64,000 nucleotides of DNA from Armatimonadota bacterium. GTDB taxonomy: Bacteria; Armatimonadota; UBA5829; DTLH01. Below, piece by piece: positions 18,407-29,287 of this stretch. The DNA lies in assembly GCA_039679675.1 (NCBI GenBank), contig JBDKUN010000029.1, forward strand, positions 1-64,000, in the 5' to 3' direction. The number at the start of each line of letters is the position of its first letter. Positions within the stretch are counted from its first letter, which is position 1. Under the pieces are notes generated by a model. The model worked only from the letters and a program-made list of their open reading frames with translations, was not told the DNA's origin and ran no database searches. The position numbers and the translations under genes are program-made.

Positions 18407-19981
18407 CTATTTCTTCCAATTCATTTTGTAGACCACCATAACCTTATCACCACAGGAAATGTTATTTTTGAGGAAATAAGATCGGACGAACTGCAATTCC
18501 GGCCGTTGTGAGATTGCAGGATACCATGACGGGAAAATAATAAGATATTCCGGTTTTCGTTCTGATAAATACTTCCAGAGGCCGGGCTGTATATCCTCAT
18601 CACGTTCGCTGCATTCACGTACATATGGGATAACCTCCGGGTTGATTACACCGACTGTATCTATCACCGGCTGGCGGGAGAAATAAGCAATTGCGCCAGC
18701 ATCGTTACAGGCTATTTGTGTCCCAGGAGGAAGTTTGGCTGCCCATTTACCAATATTGACTTGCATACCGTTTATATTCTGCACTTGGCGACCATAGATC
18801 GTAGCTAACGCGTAGTTGTTGCTCACTGATAGTCCGAATCCCAGTACTATGACTGCCGTTATAACGGCTAATCTCAGAAATCGACTGCATCGCAATAACA
18901 GCTTAAAGACCTCATCCAGTCCGACAGCTCCCATCAGTATGAAAAGCGGGACCAGATAGCCGCTGTACCGGCCAATTTGGCCGATTAGTTGAACTCCGGT
19001 CTTCAATATTGCGGAAAATTGACCTACTGCTGTGGGAATACCAAAATATGCCAGAGGCAGCAGAAGTTCGCCATCGGCTTTCGATGAGAATGCTCTACGT
19101 ATGCAGATTATCATGCCTATTACAGCACTGATGGCTAACATAGCGTTATCATTTATAACCACGCGTGCTGCCTGATCAATATAATTCCAAAACACTGATG
19201 CTCTTGTAGCCAGATCCGGAAAAGCGCTGACTTTTGCATAGAAAGAAGGCGGCAGTAAGTGCCCGGAATAGGACCAGTTGAAGATTCCCCAGGGAATTAC
19301 AGGAAGAGCAGCTATCAGAATATTAAAAGGGACCGTTTTCAGGCAACAAGCCAGATTATGGTTGCGTAATGCCGATATTCCCCTATCGATCAGAGCCAGT
19401 ACGATGAACATGCCACACTCAGGACGCGCAAGCGTGGATAACCCAAACCAGAACGTAGATAAATAAGCCCGTGGGGTATCATCCCATCTATAGAGCAGGT
19501 GATGGTATATGCCGAGTGTCACCAGAAACACGTATAATGGCACTTCCATTCCGCCAATAGCACCCCAAATAAGGCGTGGAGTAGATGCGAACAACAATGC
19601 AGCTAATATAGCAACAAAGTTCGATATTGAAAGCCTTCTTGCTATCAGATAGATCAGATAAGAAGCTGCGGCATGCAGGCACAATCCAAGGACTATGGAG
19701 TCAATAACGGGCGATACTGCTATTTTGAATGCAGCACTCAGCAATAGCGTGTATAGAATGGTTGTCGATGAAACAGGATGGCCGGGGTTATATACCATTC
19801 CATTTCCTTCAGCCATATTTCGGGCGAGTTGAGAATGTATCCAGCTGTCATCGAGCGGGAACCCGATGCCGCCTGCAATTTCCACGCTTTTGCTTAGGTA
19901 AAACCAGGCAATGATGAGTATTTCGGCAATTATTCCGATAAGGAGAAGTAACTTGATGCGTTTCAAATTGTCATAACCCAT
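18407..19981 (-). CDS. Polytopic membrane glycosyltransferase-like protein (GT-C type)
   Basis: PLDDSWIHSQLARN loop after the first TM, GME and RPE motifs, many TMs, DAGAIAYF. Confidence 0.7.
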   Translation of the reverse strand: MGYDNLKRIKLLLLIGIIAEILIIAWFYLSKSVEIAGGIGFPLDDSWIHSQLARNMAEGNGMVYNPGHPVSSTTILYTLLLSAAFKIAVSPVIDSIVLGLCLHAAASYLIYLIARRLSISNFVAILAALLFASTPRLIWGAIGGMEVPLYVFLVTLGIYHHLLYRWDDTPRAYLSTFWFGLSTLARPECGMFIVLALIDRGISALRNHNLACCLKTVPFNILIAALPVIPWGIFNWSYSGHLLPPSFYAKVSAFPDLATRASVFWNYIDQAARVVINDNAMLAISAVIGMIICIRRAFSSKADGELLLPLAYFGIPTAVGQFSAILKTGVQLIGQIGRYSGYLVPLFILMGAVGLDEVFKLLLRCSRFLRLAVITAVIVLGFGLSVSNNYALATIYGRQVQNINGMQVNIGKWAAKLPPGTQIACNDAGAIAYFSRQPVIDTVGVINPEVIPYVRECSERDEDIQPGLWKYLSERKPEYLIIFPSWYPAISQRPELQFVRSYFLKNNISCGDKVMVVYKMNWKK

Positions 19982-20055
19982 GAGATAATCAAAAGGCCGA
20001 AGACACGTTAATGTCCCCGGCCAATAGAATATGCTTCTTTGGTTCGATGTTTACC

Positions 20056-20253
20056 CTACTGAACGTACCGCAGAGTTGCAATGCTCTCGATCTCTTTGAT
20101 CTTGTCGTAGGCCTGACTAATAGCGTCCTGCACATCTCTGATCGGCTGTGCCTCACTGTGAGATTTAAGGTACCACGCTACAGCAAGTGTAACGGCTGTT
20201 ACGCCAGCCGCTGCGCCCAACACTACCGCCCAGGTCTTATTTCCCTTAGCCAC
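20056..20253 (-). CDS. Small membrane-anchored protein
   Basis: GTG with GGAG SD; N-terminal TM followed by a helix. Confidence 0.6.
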   Translation of the reverse strand: MAKGNKTWAVVLGAAAGVTAVTLAVAWYLKSHSEAQPIRDVQDAISQAYDKIKEIESIATLRYVQ

Positions 20254-20293
20254 TGCAGTCTCCTTGATAACGGGTCATCCCGTGATTAACAAA

Positions 20294-20710
20294 CTATTTG
20301 ATCTCGAACCTTTTCTCGCCGCCGCCACTGCCTGTACCATCCAATGATCCGAAGATACGTTTGACAAACGAGATCAGTTCCATTGGATTGAACGGCTTTG
20401 TCAGATAACAATCTACTCCAGACTGCCATCCTTTGAATACATCAGCATCCTGCGCTTTCGCTGTCAACATAATGACCGGTATATCCCTGGTAGCAGGATC
20501 CCGTCTAAGGTTCTGGAGAACCTCGAAGCCGTCCATATACGGCATCATGACATCCAATACCACCAGATCAGGATGCTCAGCTTTGACTTTTTCCAGAGCT
20601 TCCTTACCGTCGTTCGCAGTTACTACCTCATAACCCTGTCTTTCCAGGTTAACCTGAACCAGCCGGACGATATGTTTCTCATCATCAACGGCCAGAATCT
20701 TCCTAGCCAT
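20294..20710 (-). CDS. Single-domain response regulator
   Basis: AVDDE, LDVMMP, LTAK and KPF receiver motifs. Confidence 0.93.
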   Translation of the reverse strand: MARKILAVDDEKHIVRLVQVNLERQGYEVVTANDGKEALEKVKAEHPDLVVLDVMMPYMDGFEVLQNLRRDPATRDIPVIMLTAKAQDADVFKGWQSGVDCYLTKPFNPMELISFVKRIFGSLDGTGSGGGEKRFEIK

Positions 20711-20771
20711 GCAGGTTGCCTCCTCTCAAACTATCGTGCTCAGTATATCACGCTCAAAAAAGCTATGTCAA

Positions 20772-21488
20772 TCAATGTGCGGGCTTCGCCTGCAAGCTAC
20801 CGAGCCGGTTCCAATCGTCGTTTGTATACTTGTTATCGGCAAACTCTTGGGCATTCTTGATCTCATTTTCAGTAAGATTGCCGAATTCCATTTTTACGCC
20901 GAACTCGGACTCAAGCGATTTCACAATTGCCCCGATCAGGCCATTGACATCATTCCATCGTTCTCCTGATGGGGATTGAAGTGAGTTTTGCTGCAGTACC
21001 GCGCCAGAACGCCTAACCTGAGCGCTTCCCAGCGTCTTTTTACCCTCAACTGCCAGTTCGTAATCAAGTGTAAGTTTGAAACAATCACCAATTCCTCTGA
21101 CGGCTGAAGGCGGTGTAGTGTTCCTGCAAAGCTCTGCAGAAACACCCAGCGTTACCAGCGCTTTCGCTACGGCCTCCCCTACCCTTTTGTAAGACTCTTT
21201 TATAGGCGATCCGAATGTAGCTGCGCTGACAACAACACTGAAAGTGAGGTCTTTTCCATGATAGACCGCTCTGCCGCCAGTCGGACGCCGGACTATGTTA
21301 CTGCCCCACCCTTCCGGGACAGTTTCGATAGGCTGCAGCCTGCCGACAGTTATCGACTGCTGCAGCCAACCATAGAACCTTATCGTAGGAGAAACATCAC
21401 CGTTGATGAATGCCTGGAATATTGCCTCATCTACGGCCATATTCCAAGCCTTGTCATATTCGCCGTATGGAATTATTCGCCAATCCAT
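20772..21488 (-). CDS. Lipoate-protein ligase / octanoyltransferase (LipM-like)
   Basis: [26 protein letters not shown]; in the gcv operon. Confidence 0.88.
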   Translation of the reverse strand: MDWRIIPYGEYDKAWNMAVDEAIFQAFINGDVSPTIRFYGWLQQSITVGRLQPIETVPEGWGSNIVRRPTGGRAVYHGKDLTFSVVVSAATFGSPIKESYKRVGEAVAKALVTLGVSAELCRNTTPPSAVRGIGDCFKLTLDYELAVEGKKTLGSAQVRRSGAVLQQNSLQSPSGERWNDVNGLIGAIVKSLESEFGVKMEFGNLTENEIKNAQEFADNKYTNDDWNRLGSLQAKPAH

Positions 21489-22924
21489 GTCAGCTTAGGC
21501 TTTCTTGCGGCAGTTACCTCATCTACCCTTGATATCGGGGTATTATGAGGAGCATGCGCTACAATCTCAGGATTTTCCTTCGATTCCCTGTCAATCTCAA
21601 TCATCGCTTCGATAAATGCGTCCAGAGTCTCTTTGCTTTCAGACTCGGTAGGCTCCACCATCATCGCTTCATCTACAATCAGCGGGAAATAAACGGTCGG
21701 GGCATGGAATCCCATATCGAGAAGCCGTTTCCCGATGTCGAGCGCTCTCACGCCGCGTTTTTTGTGTTCCCTGGCAGTCGCAACGAACTCATGCATGCAA
21801 TATCTGTCGAAAGGAACTGGATATATCTCTCTCAGCTTTGCTCTGATGTAGTTTGCATTCAGGACCGCTATCTCGCTTGTTTCCTTGATTCCCTCAAATC
21901 CCAATGATCTGATGTATGCGTAAGCCTTTACCATCACCAGGAAGTTTCCGTAGAAGGAATGTACACGGCCTATTGATTGAGGTATGTCAAAGTTTAGCTT
22001 GTATTCTTGGTCATCTTTTTCAACTATAGGTGTTGGAAGGAACGGTATCAGGAACTTCTTCACCGCAACAGGACCGGATCCCGGACCGCCGCCGCCGTGA
22101 GGCGTCGAGAAAGTCTTATGCAGGTTGAAGTGCATCACATCAAAGCCCATGTCTCCAGGGCATGCTTTTCCAATGATAGCGTTCATATTCGCGCCGTCGC
22201 AATACATCAATGCGCCCGCATCATGAACCATCTTGCATATCTCAAGTGCATTCGACTCAAAAAGCCCAAGCGTATTCGGGTTTGTGAGCATCATTCCTGC
22301 GATATTCGGTCCAAGTAGATTCTTCAGCGCGTCAATATCGACTAATCCCTTATCATCGGAAGGTATTTTCTGTATCTGGAACCCCACTCTCGCAGCCGTT
22401 GCCGGGTTCGTGCCATGAGCTGAGTCAGGGACGAGGATGATTTTCCTCTCACTGTCGCCGCGTGACTCATGGTATGCCTTGACAATCTTCATACCAGTCA
22501 GCTCGCCCTGCGCTCCAGCGAGAGGCTGCAGTGTGACCGCATCCATCCCGCCGATTTCCGCCAGATACTGCTGAAGCTCATACATCAGTGCCAGCGCACC
22601 CTGAACGGTCTTCTCCGGCTGAAGCGGATGCAGCATGGTAAATCCAGGCATGTTCGCAATACGCTCGTTTATCTTGGGGTTGTATTTCATTGTGCATGAT
22701 CCAAGCGGATAGAAGCTGTTATCTACCGATATTTGGTTTTCAGACAGGTGCGTGAAGTGCCTGACAACATCGAGCTCGGATACTTCGGGAAGCGGTAAAC
22801 TCTCTCGGACACTACCTTCAGGCAGCGAGAGGGCTACATCGACTTCCGGCACATCGTTTACCGGCATGGTACACCCTACCCGCCCCGGTTTAGAAAGCTC
22901 ATATATCAAAGGCTCTTGTTTCAT
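21473..22924 (-). CDS. gcvPB: Glycine dehydrogenase subunit 2
   Basis: [29 protein letters not shown]. Confidence 0.96.
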   Translation of the reverse strand: MKQEPLIYELSKPGRVGCTMPVNDVPEVDVALSLPEGSVRESLPLPEVSELDVVRHFTHLSENQISVDNSFYPLGSCTMKYNPKINERIANMPGFTMLHPLQPEKTVQGALALMYELQQYLAEIGGMDAVTLQPLAGAQGELTGMKIVKAYHESRGDSERKIILVPDSAHGTNPATAARVGFQIQKIPSDDKGLVDIDALKNLLGPNIAGMMLTNPNTLGLFESNALEICKMVHDAGALMYCDGANMNAIIGKACPGDMGFDVMHFNLHKTFSTPHGGGGPGSGPVAVKKFLIPFLPTPIVEKDDQEYKLNFDIPQSIGRVHSFYGNFLVMVKAYAYIRSLGFEGIKETSEIAVLNANYIRAKLREIYPVPFDRYCMHEFVATAREHKKRGVRALDIGKRLLDMGFHAPTVYFPLIVDEAMMVEPTESESKETLDAFIEAMIEIDRESKENPEIVAHAPHNTPISRVDEVTAARKPKLTWIGE

Positions 22925-22925
22925 C

Positions 22926-24281
22926 TTACAGCATCTCCACCAGGCGGTCTATCTCATCTTTTCTCCGCCTCTCAGTCACGCACAACAGCATGTGGTTCTC
23001 AAGTTCCGGGTAATACCGGCCGAGGTCCACTCCGCCCAAAATACCATTATCAAGCAGCCTCTCGTTCAGCTCAATAACAGGCTTATCACTCTTGATTACA
23101 AACTCCTTGAAGAATGGCGCCTGCCATGGCACGGAATAACCTGCTTTACCGCAGATTTCCTTCTGTGCATAGTGAGCTTTCTGGAAAGATAGCTCTGCAA
23201 CCTGTTTGAGTCCGTTCTTGCCAAGCGTGGATAGGTAAGCAGTCGCAGCAAGAGCGACCAAAGCCTCATTTGAGCAGATATTGGAAGTAGCCTTTTCTCT
23301 TCTGATGTGCTGCTCCCTGGTCTGGAGTGTCAGCGTAAAGGCTCTCCGTCCATCGGCGTCGACCGTTTCACCTACTACTCTTCCCGGCATTTTCCACATG
23401 AACTCTTTTTTACAAGCAAAAAGCCCAAGGAACGGTCCGCCAAAGCTGACTGGAACGCCCAGCGCCTGTCCTTCCCCGACTATAATATCTGCACCGTAAG
23501 CACCGGGAGGCGTAAGAAGGCCAAGCGAGATCGGGTCAACAGAGACGATCAAAAGCGCTCCTGCGGCATGAGCCGTGTCGGCCAGCACCTGGAGCGGCTC
23601 TATATTACCGAAGAAGTTAGGGTATTGGACTACTACGCAGGAAACTGATTCATCGATCTGGCCTCGAAGCTGCCCCATATCAATAACGCCTTCGACATAC
23701 GGCATTTCGATTATTTCGATACCAAGACCGTTTGTATAAGTCTTCGCCACTTCACGGTAATTGGGATGCACTGTCTTCGAAACAAGGGCTTTCTTACGAT
23801 TATTTACGTGCATCGCCATTACAATTGCTTCGCCTACTGCTGTTGCACCGTCGTATAGGCTTGCGTTAGATACTTCCATCTGCGTGAGAGCAGCGATCAG
23901 ACTCTGATACTCAAATATGCTCTGGAGCACTCCTTGGCTTGCCTCCGGCTGGTATGGAGTATACGCCGTTACAAACTCCGATCGAGAAACCACAGAGTCC
24001 ACGACTGCAGGGATATAATGATCATAAACCCCTGCGCCCAAAAAGCAGGTAAGGTCAAATAGATTTTTGTTCCGTCCGGACATCCCAGTGCAAAGTGACA
24101 TCACATCTTGCTCTGAGAGTCCATGAGGAAGATTGAGATCCCTCTTTACCCGTGCTTTTTCTGGTATTTGCTCAAATAATGTATCGATTTCTGGCACACC
24201 GATTGCATTGAGCATTTCTGCCCGGTCTTCATCAGTGGCCGCTATATAAGATAATTTACTCCGCTTCAGTGAATCGTTCAT
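22926..24281 (-). CDS. gcvPA: Glycine dehydrogenase subunit 1
   Basis: [30 protein letters not shown]. Confidence 0.96.
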   Translation of the reverse strand: MNDSLKRSKLSYIAATDEDRAEMLNAIGVPEIDTLFEQIPEKARVKRDLNLPHGLSEQDVMSLCTGMSGRNKNLFDLTCFLGAGVYDHYIPAVVDSVVSRSEFVTAYTPYQPEASQGVLQSIFEYQSLIAALTQMEVSNASLYDGATAVGEAIVMAMHVNNRKKALVSKTVHPNYREVAKTYTNGLGIEIIEMPYVEGVIDMGQLRGQIDESVSCVVVQYPNFFGNIEPLQVLADTAHAAGALLIVSVDPISLGLLTPPGAYGADIIVGEGQALGVPVSFGGPFLGLFACKKEFMWKMPGRVVGETVDADGRRAFTLTLQTREQHIRREKATSNICSNEALVALAATAYLSTLGKNGLKQVAELSFQKAHYAQKEICGKAGYSVPWQAPFFKEFVIKSDKPVIELNERLLDNGILGGVDLGRYYPELENHMLLCVTERRRKDEIDRLVEML

Positions 24282-24636
24282 ATTCTTCGCTATCCATCAA
24301 CTCATCAAGTTCCGAGGCGTCTTCCATCCGAACAATGATCATCCAACCGTTGCCGTAAGGTTCCTGATTGATAAGTTCGGGGCTTCCCTCTACGTCATCA
24401 TTGACTTCTACGACTTCTCCTGTCACCGGCGACATAAGATCAGATACTGCCTTGACCGAGTCAACGCTTCCGAACGGCTCGTTCGCATGGACCATTGTTC
24501 CTACCGGCGGCAGATCCACATTGACTATATCTCCCAGCTCTTCCTGGGCAAACTCTGAGATTCCAAGTGTCGCCAGTCCGTCAGCTACACGAACCCATTC
24601 ATGGCTTTTTGTATACTTGATGTCATCTGGGTACAT
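24256..24636 (-). CDS. gcvH: Glycine cleavage system H protein
   Basis: YTKSHEW, lipoyl Lys in DSVKAVSD; ATG 24636 with AGGAGG SD. Confidence 0.95.
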   Translation of the reverse strand: MYPDDIKYTKSHEWVRVADGLATLGISEFAQEELGDIVNVDLPPVGTMVHANEPFGSVDSVKAVSDLMSPVTGEVVEVNDDVEGSPELINQEPYGNGWMIIVRMEDASELDELMDSEEYERFTEAE

Positions 24637-24747
24637 TTCAATCCTCCTCAGGAATATACGAGTATATATCAAAGTAAGTGCCTGTCTCCAAATAGACAGG
24701 CACAAGTGTACCAATATCAGGTTCGACAGGCAAGCACGCCTATCCTA

Positions 24748-25827
24748 CTATTTCTTACGAGAATATAAGGGTAATTTTTTGATCATTCCGGGGCGCGGCT
24801 TACCATGCACCAGCACATTCACCTGTTCGCCGTCCTGTACTGTAGGCGGCACATAAGCCATTGCTATTCCTTTGCCGATGCTTGGTGAGTATGTGCCACT
24901 AGTAACTGTGCCGTTGCCTGCAGATGTCTCGACTGCATCTTCCGGGCGGGGAACATCCCGGCCCTCCATCTCGATTCCTGCCAGCTTTTTAGGTAAACCA
25001 TTCTCGACAAGTGCAGAAATGTTGTCTCTGCCGAAGAATTCTCCCTTATCCAGCTTTACCCATCGCATAAGTCCGGCTTCAGCAGGAGTAGTCTTCTCAT
25101 CCATCTCATGTCCATAGAGCGGAAGCCCGGCTTCTGTCCTCAAAACGTCGCGAGAAGCCAGACCACATGGGATAAGGCCCATGTCTTTGCCGTTATCGAT
25201 GAGCAAATTCCAGACGGCTTCGGCATCTTCTTTCCGGCAGGCGATCTCGAACCCGTTTTCACCTGTATAACCGGTCCTCATGGCGAGAACATCGTAATCG
25301 CCGAGTTTTCCGTGAAGGAAGTGGAACCTTTTCACTTCAGTAGCTCCAGTAAGCCCTGATTTTACCAGAATATCGATTGCGTTTGGCCCCTGAAGTGCTA
25401 CCAGTGCCGTCTCAGGAGTCCTATCGACGAGAGCAACCTTTTCCGGCAGGTTTTTTACTATCCATGCTTTGTCCTTATCAAGATTGGACGCATTGACTAC
25501 AAGATAAAAATGATCTGCCTTCTTTCTAAATGCGATAAGATCGTCTATAACACCGCCTTCGGGGTTACACATAAGGGTGTACTGCCCACCGCCGTCATTT
25601 AGCTTCGAGAGATCGTTGGTGAATAGCTTTTGCAGAGCGGGAAGAGCCTCTTCTCCTATCACTTCCAATCGTCCCATGTGGCTTACATCAAACAGACCTG
25701 CTGCATTACGGACTGCTTCTGTCTCGCGAATAGCGCTTCCGTAATGTATGGGAAGCATCCATCCTGCAAACTCGCCTATTCGCCCGCCCGCGCGTTGATG
25801 TACTTCGTTAAGAACAGGTGTCTTCAT
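24748..25827 (-). CDS. gcvT: Aminomethyltransferase (glycine cleavage T protein)
   Basis: FDVSHMG, RTGYTGENGFE, LRTEAGLPLYG. Confidence 0.96.
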   Translation of the reverse strand: MKTPVLNEVHQRAGGRIGEFAGWMLPIHYGSAIRETEAVRNAAGLFDVSHMGRLEVIGEEALPALQKLFTNDLSKLNDGGGQYTLMCNPEGGVIDDLIAFRKKADHFYLVVNASNLDKDKAWIVKNLPEKVALVDRTPETALVALQGPNAIDILVKSGLTGATEVKRFHFLHGKLGDYDVLAMRTGYTGENGFEIACRKEDAEAVWNLLIDNGKDMGLIPCGLASRDVLRTEAGLPLYGHEMDEKTTPAEAGLMRWVKLDKGEFFGRDNISALVENGLPKKLAGIEMEGRDVPRPEDAVETSAGNGTVTSGTYSPSIGKGIAMAYVPPTVQDGEQVNVLVHGKPRPGMIKKLPLYSRKK

Positions 25828-26068
25828 TGTCCACCAATAACCTCTATCGTATATTTGACCATATCCGATGATCTTGCACCGCTATAGCGATTATATTGTA
25901 GCAGGAAATGCGCTTTAAGTCTAAACGCTAATAGCGTCTGAAGTGAATCCTCTACATCGGAACTAAAAAAAGAGTCTCAGGCATTTATGTCCATTTTACA
26001 CTCATACCTGGAACTCTTTATAAGAATATTTGTTTTTGTATTTCTTGAAACTTGTAGTAGAACGGTTC

Positions 26069-26740
26069 TTACGACTGCGTCCTCCGCCTCAATGCAGCAC
26101 CGGCTAACCCAATACCGAGCACTACTAGCGAACAGGGTTCAGGAACATCTGTAACATACCCTTTGGCCATAGCCACCGCACTGTCAGTTACGTGCAGATC
26201 AGCGACTACAGGCGCCTGCGGAGATATAAGGTACAGAAGCGCTGTGTGCTCACCAGTGGGTACCGATCCACCAAGGAATGCATAGTAGCAGAACGAAACG
26301 TTTGCTCCACCGGCCTCATCATAGGTCACAGCATAATTTCCAGAGCCTGACGGAATCTGAACAGGAGTCTTACCACCATCCATAAATCCAGTGGGGGCTG
26401 CGGAATTTATAAGTCCAACCTCTTTTATGTTGTAGAACGGTGTAACACCGAGTATCTGCAATACGGACGGTCCTGAGTTATACGCCTGATACAGATACAG
26501 GTAATCACCGCTTATGAGACTCCAAACGGATGACTTTACACTTCCGCTGAAAGTCGTGGCTCCTGAAAGCGGGTTTTTGAGGATGTAGGTGGATTCCAGA
26601 ATCGGTTGAATTTGCGCTACTGTGCCGAGCTCGGAAAATCCTTTCGACACTACAGGACCCAAATTCACCGGCTCAGCTTGTGCCGCTGATATTACTGCAC
26701 ACAGGGCGATGATTACTGCAAGGGCCTTACATAATTTCAT
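26069..26740 (-). CDS. PEP-CTERM sorting-signal surface protein
   Basis: Signal peptide; C-terminal VPEPCSLVVLGIGLAGAALRRR. Confidence 0.9.
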   Translation of the reverse strand: MKLCKALAVIIALCAVISAAQAEPVNLGPVVSKGFSELGTVAQIQPILESTYILKNPLSGATTFSGSVKSSVWSLISGDYLYLYQAYNSGPSVLQILGVTPFYNIKEVGLINSAAPTGFMDGGKTPVQIPSGSGNYAVTYDEAGGANVSFCYYAFLGGSVPTGEHTALLYLISPQAPVVADLHVTDSAVAMAKGYVTDVPEPCSLVVLGIGLAGAALRRRTQS

Positions 26741-26954
26741 CTTTCTTTTCTCCTCCCCTCGCCTTTGGAAGGCGATTTGTGGCAATGTGTTTTATTGTGG
26801 TCTTTATTTTTGTTACTGTTAGTCTTAGCTGCTAACTTTTTAGTATTTTATCAGCGAAGTATATGTCTGCCTACTGGTAATTGGTGGTATTTATGGGGGA
26901 TACTAAACATCGGCCATAGGTACTATAGATATTGAACCGGAATGGCACAATCTA

Positions 26955-27674
26955 TCATACACTTGGTGGATTTACAAAGATATGGCTATTATTTGGGTCA
27001 GGTAGGATCTCGCGGGCTATATGATGAAACTTCGACAGTATCTCCCTTCTCGAAGATACCCCTAATCGTTTAAATACCTTGCTGATGTGCGTTTTGGTTG
27101 TGCTCTGGCTTATACCAAGCTTACTTGCAATTTCTTTATTGCTAAAGCCTGCCACCAAAAGCCGTGTGACTTCCCTTTCGCGAAATGAAAGCGCTGACAG
27201 GTCTACACTGGAGTCTGATTCCTGCCGGTTTCGGAATTTAGCCATCTCAGTGATAGATAACTTGAATGTGCTGCAATCGTAAACACAGAAACCATCGCGG
27301 ATTGCGCGAAGCGACTGAAGAAGCTGGGCAATCGGCTTATCTTTTAGGATATATGCATCAATCCCCAGTGAAATGGCGGACAAAAATATCTCCGTATCAT
27401 TGTTCGCCGTGAGTACTGCTACGAGAGCCTTCGGGGTATGGGACTTGATCTGCCTGATGAGTTCATCGCAGGAACCATCAGAATATTCAGTATCCATGAC
27501 TATCAGATCCGCATCTGATTCGCTTAGTGCTTTCACAGATTCCTCAATTGTTGCAGCCTCCATGGCAATTGTCATGTCATCCTGTTCGCCAATAGTTCGA
27601 GCCAGCATCTCCCGGAACATGTCATTGTGTCCCAAAAGAGCGATCCGCACACTAGAAACTGCATTCTGGATCAA
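26955..27674 (-). CDS. NarL/LuxR-family response regulator
   Basis: Receiver domain plus LSFREREV...GFSNKEIA...TTKTH HTH. Confidence 0.9.
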   Translation of the reverse strand: MIQNAVSSVRIALLGHNDMFREMLARTIGEQDDMTIAMEAATIEESVKALSESDADLIVMDTEYSDGSCDELIRQIKSHTPKALVAVLTANNDTEIFLSAISLGIDAYILKDKPIAQLLQSLRAIRDGFCVYDCSTFKLSITEMAKFRNRQESDSSVDLSALSFREREVTRLLVAGFSNKEIASKLGISQSTTKTHISKVFKRLGVSSRREILSKFHHIAREILPDPNNSHIFVNPPSV

Positions 27675-27895
27675 CTTCTACCCCCGATTAATCCATTTCT
27701 TTTTATTGCATACATTACATATTTCAGGGATACACTGCCAGAAGTTGAATGTAGTATTACCCTGCTAAAGTGTATTTAGGCATATATTACGATCTATCCT
27801 TCTTTTGACTGCAGATATATTGCAATTGCATTACATGTCAGCTATATATTGTCTATTCTAGAGACACTGTTCATATTAGTGTCATCCGACAATTT

Positions 27896-28996
27896 TTAAA
27901 GGGAAGTTACAGGCAAAGAATCTTTTAGTGCTTCTAGCGTCTCCGAAACGAGCGTATCGACAAGCTGTCTCACTGGGATGATTTCCTTTATCCTGTATGC
28001 ATTATAACCAGCCATTATTAGACCTTTTTTGTCATCCCCTTCGTGAGCACTGACGAGAGCTTCCGCGATACAGAAAGGTGCTTCTGCTGGGTTACAGGTC
28101 CTTAAGCAGTGGTATGGGCAGGAAATCGGCATCTTTTCGCCGTTCAATATTCGTTCTATCAGCTCATTTTTTACAGCTCTACCGGGCATTCCTACGGGGC
28201 TGTTGATGATTATCATATCTTCTTTGGTGGCATCCAGTATCAGCTGTTTGCAGTTCATGGGAAGCGAGCATTCGTCGGTCGCCAGGAACCTAGTAGCCAT
28301 CTGAACGCCTTCCACACCAATTTTTAACAGCCGGGCGATGTCGTTACCGTCGAATACACCACCTGCGGCTATTACAGGGATGTGTTTTCTAGTCATCTCC
28401 TCATAGTTCCGTGCAACTGCAATGACTTCGGCGCAGACTGATTCCAGAGTTCGATTATTCCACTTGGCGACCTCTTCTCTGTTGAACCCCAAATGTCCAC
28501 CAGCCAGTGCGCCTTCTACAACGATTGCATCAGGCAGATAATTGTCCCTACCCCACCATCTTTTGCAGATTATCTCAGCTGTTCTTGCCGACGACACTAT
28601 TGGTATAAGACATACGCCACTATTTTTCGCGATTGAGGGGAGTCCGAGGGGAAGCCCAGCTCCGGAGATGATATAGTCAACCTTTTCATTTACAGCAGTT
28701 TTGACCAACTCATCATAATTGGAGAGAGCTACCATTATATTTACGCCGATTATCCCCTTTGAGAGTTCGCGCGATAATCGTATCTCTTCAACTAAGCCCG
28801 CATTGCACGCATCGACAAAAGCAGGGCCTTTGCATTTCCTCTTTAGGAGCCCAACACTTGCGATAGTGCCTGCCATTCCGCAATTAGCTACTGCTGAAAC
28901 GAGAGAGTGATCCGTGCTTCTGACGCCCATGCCGCCAAGGATAAAGGGGGGGTCTATTTCGAGGTGTCCTATCCTTAGGACAGGTAATGAATCCAT
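27896..28996 (-). CDS. Nitronate monooxygenase / FabK-FabX family flavoprotein with Cys cluster
   Basis: GGMG, EGALAGGHLG, IAAGG, VQMATRF, CPYHCLRTC...FC. Confidence 0.88.
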   Translation of the reverse strand: MDSLPVLRIGHLEIDPPFILGGMGVRSTDHSLVSAVANCGMAGTIASVGLLKRKCKGPAFVDACNAGLVEEIRLSRELSKGIIGVNIMVALSNYDELVKTAVNEKVDYIISGAGLPLGLPSIAKNSGVCLIPIVSSARTAEIICKRWWGRDNYLPDAIVVEGALAGGHLGFNREEVAKWNNRTLESVCAEVIAVARNYEEMTRKHIPVIAAGGVFDGNDIARLLKIGVEGVQMATRFLATDECSLPMNCKQLILDATKEDMIIINSPVGMPGRAVKNELIERILNGEKMPISCPYHCLRTCNPAEAPFCIAEALVSAHEGDDKKGLIMAGYNAYRIKEIIPVRQLVDTLVSETLEALKDSLPVTSL

Positions 28997-29287
28997 TATA
29001 ATCTTCCCTTCCCGGCAAATAGTATATAAAACAACCGAAAAGGGTCGCTGAACTATTTGCGCTCACGTAAGTAAGCAGCAATACATCGCGTAGAAACCAC
29101 GTTACCAAATGCGGTTATGCAGCCTTTTGTTTTTGACTGGATAAATCGGCCTAGTGGACCATATGTCAATGCTTGTGTGCTTTCCGTAGACGCCAACCAA
29201 AACGCCACCTCCCAAGTATAACATATTATGGGAAGAGATGCTGCTTAGGTTGTGATTCGGAACTTACTCTAAATGCTTTACTATGTC

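Noticed and set aside
24240..24281. Non-canonical TTA start for gcvPA
   Set aside because: An in-frame ATG at 24281 overlapping gcvH is a simpler explanation
25830..26060. Glycine riboswitch upstream of gcvT
   Set aside because: No GGAGA/CCGAAG/CTCAGG aptamer core; the hairpin present fits the terminator of the PEP-CTERM gene
29060..29125. Purine-riboswitch-like ATAA...GTTTCTAC on the minus strand upstream of the NMO-family gene
   Set aside because: P1, P3 and the loop-loop sequences could not be built; an Rfam search would be needed
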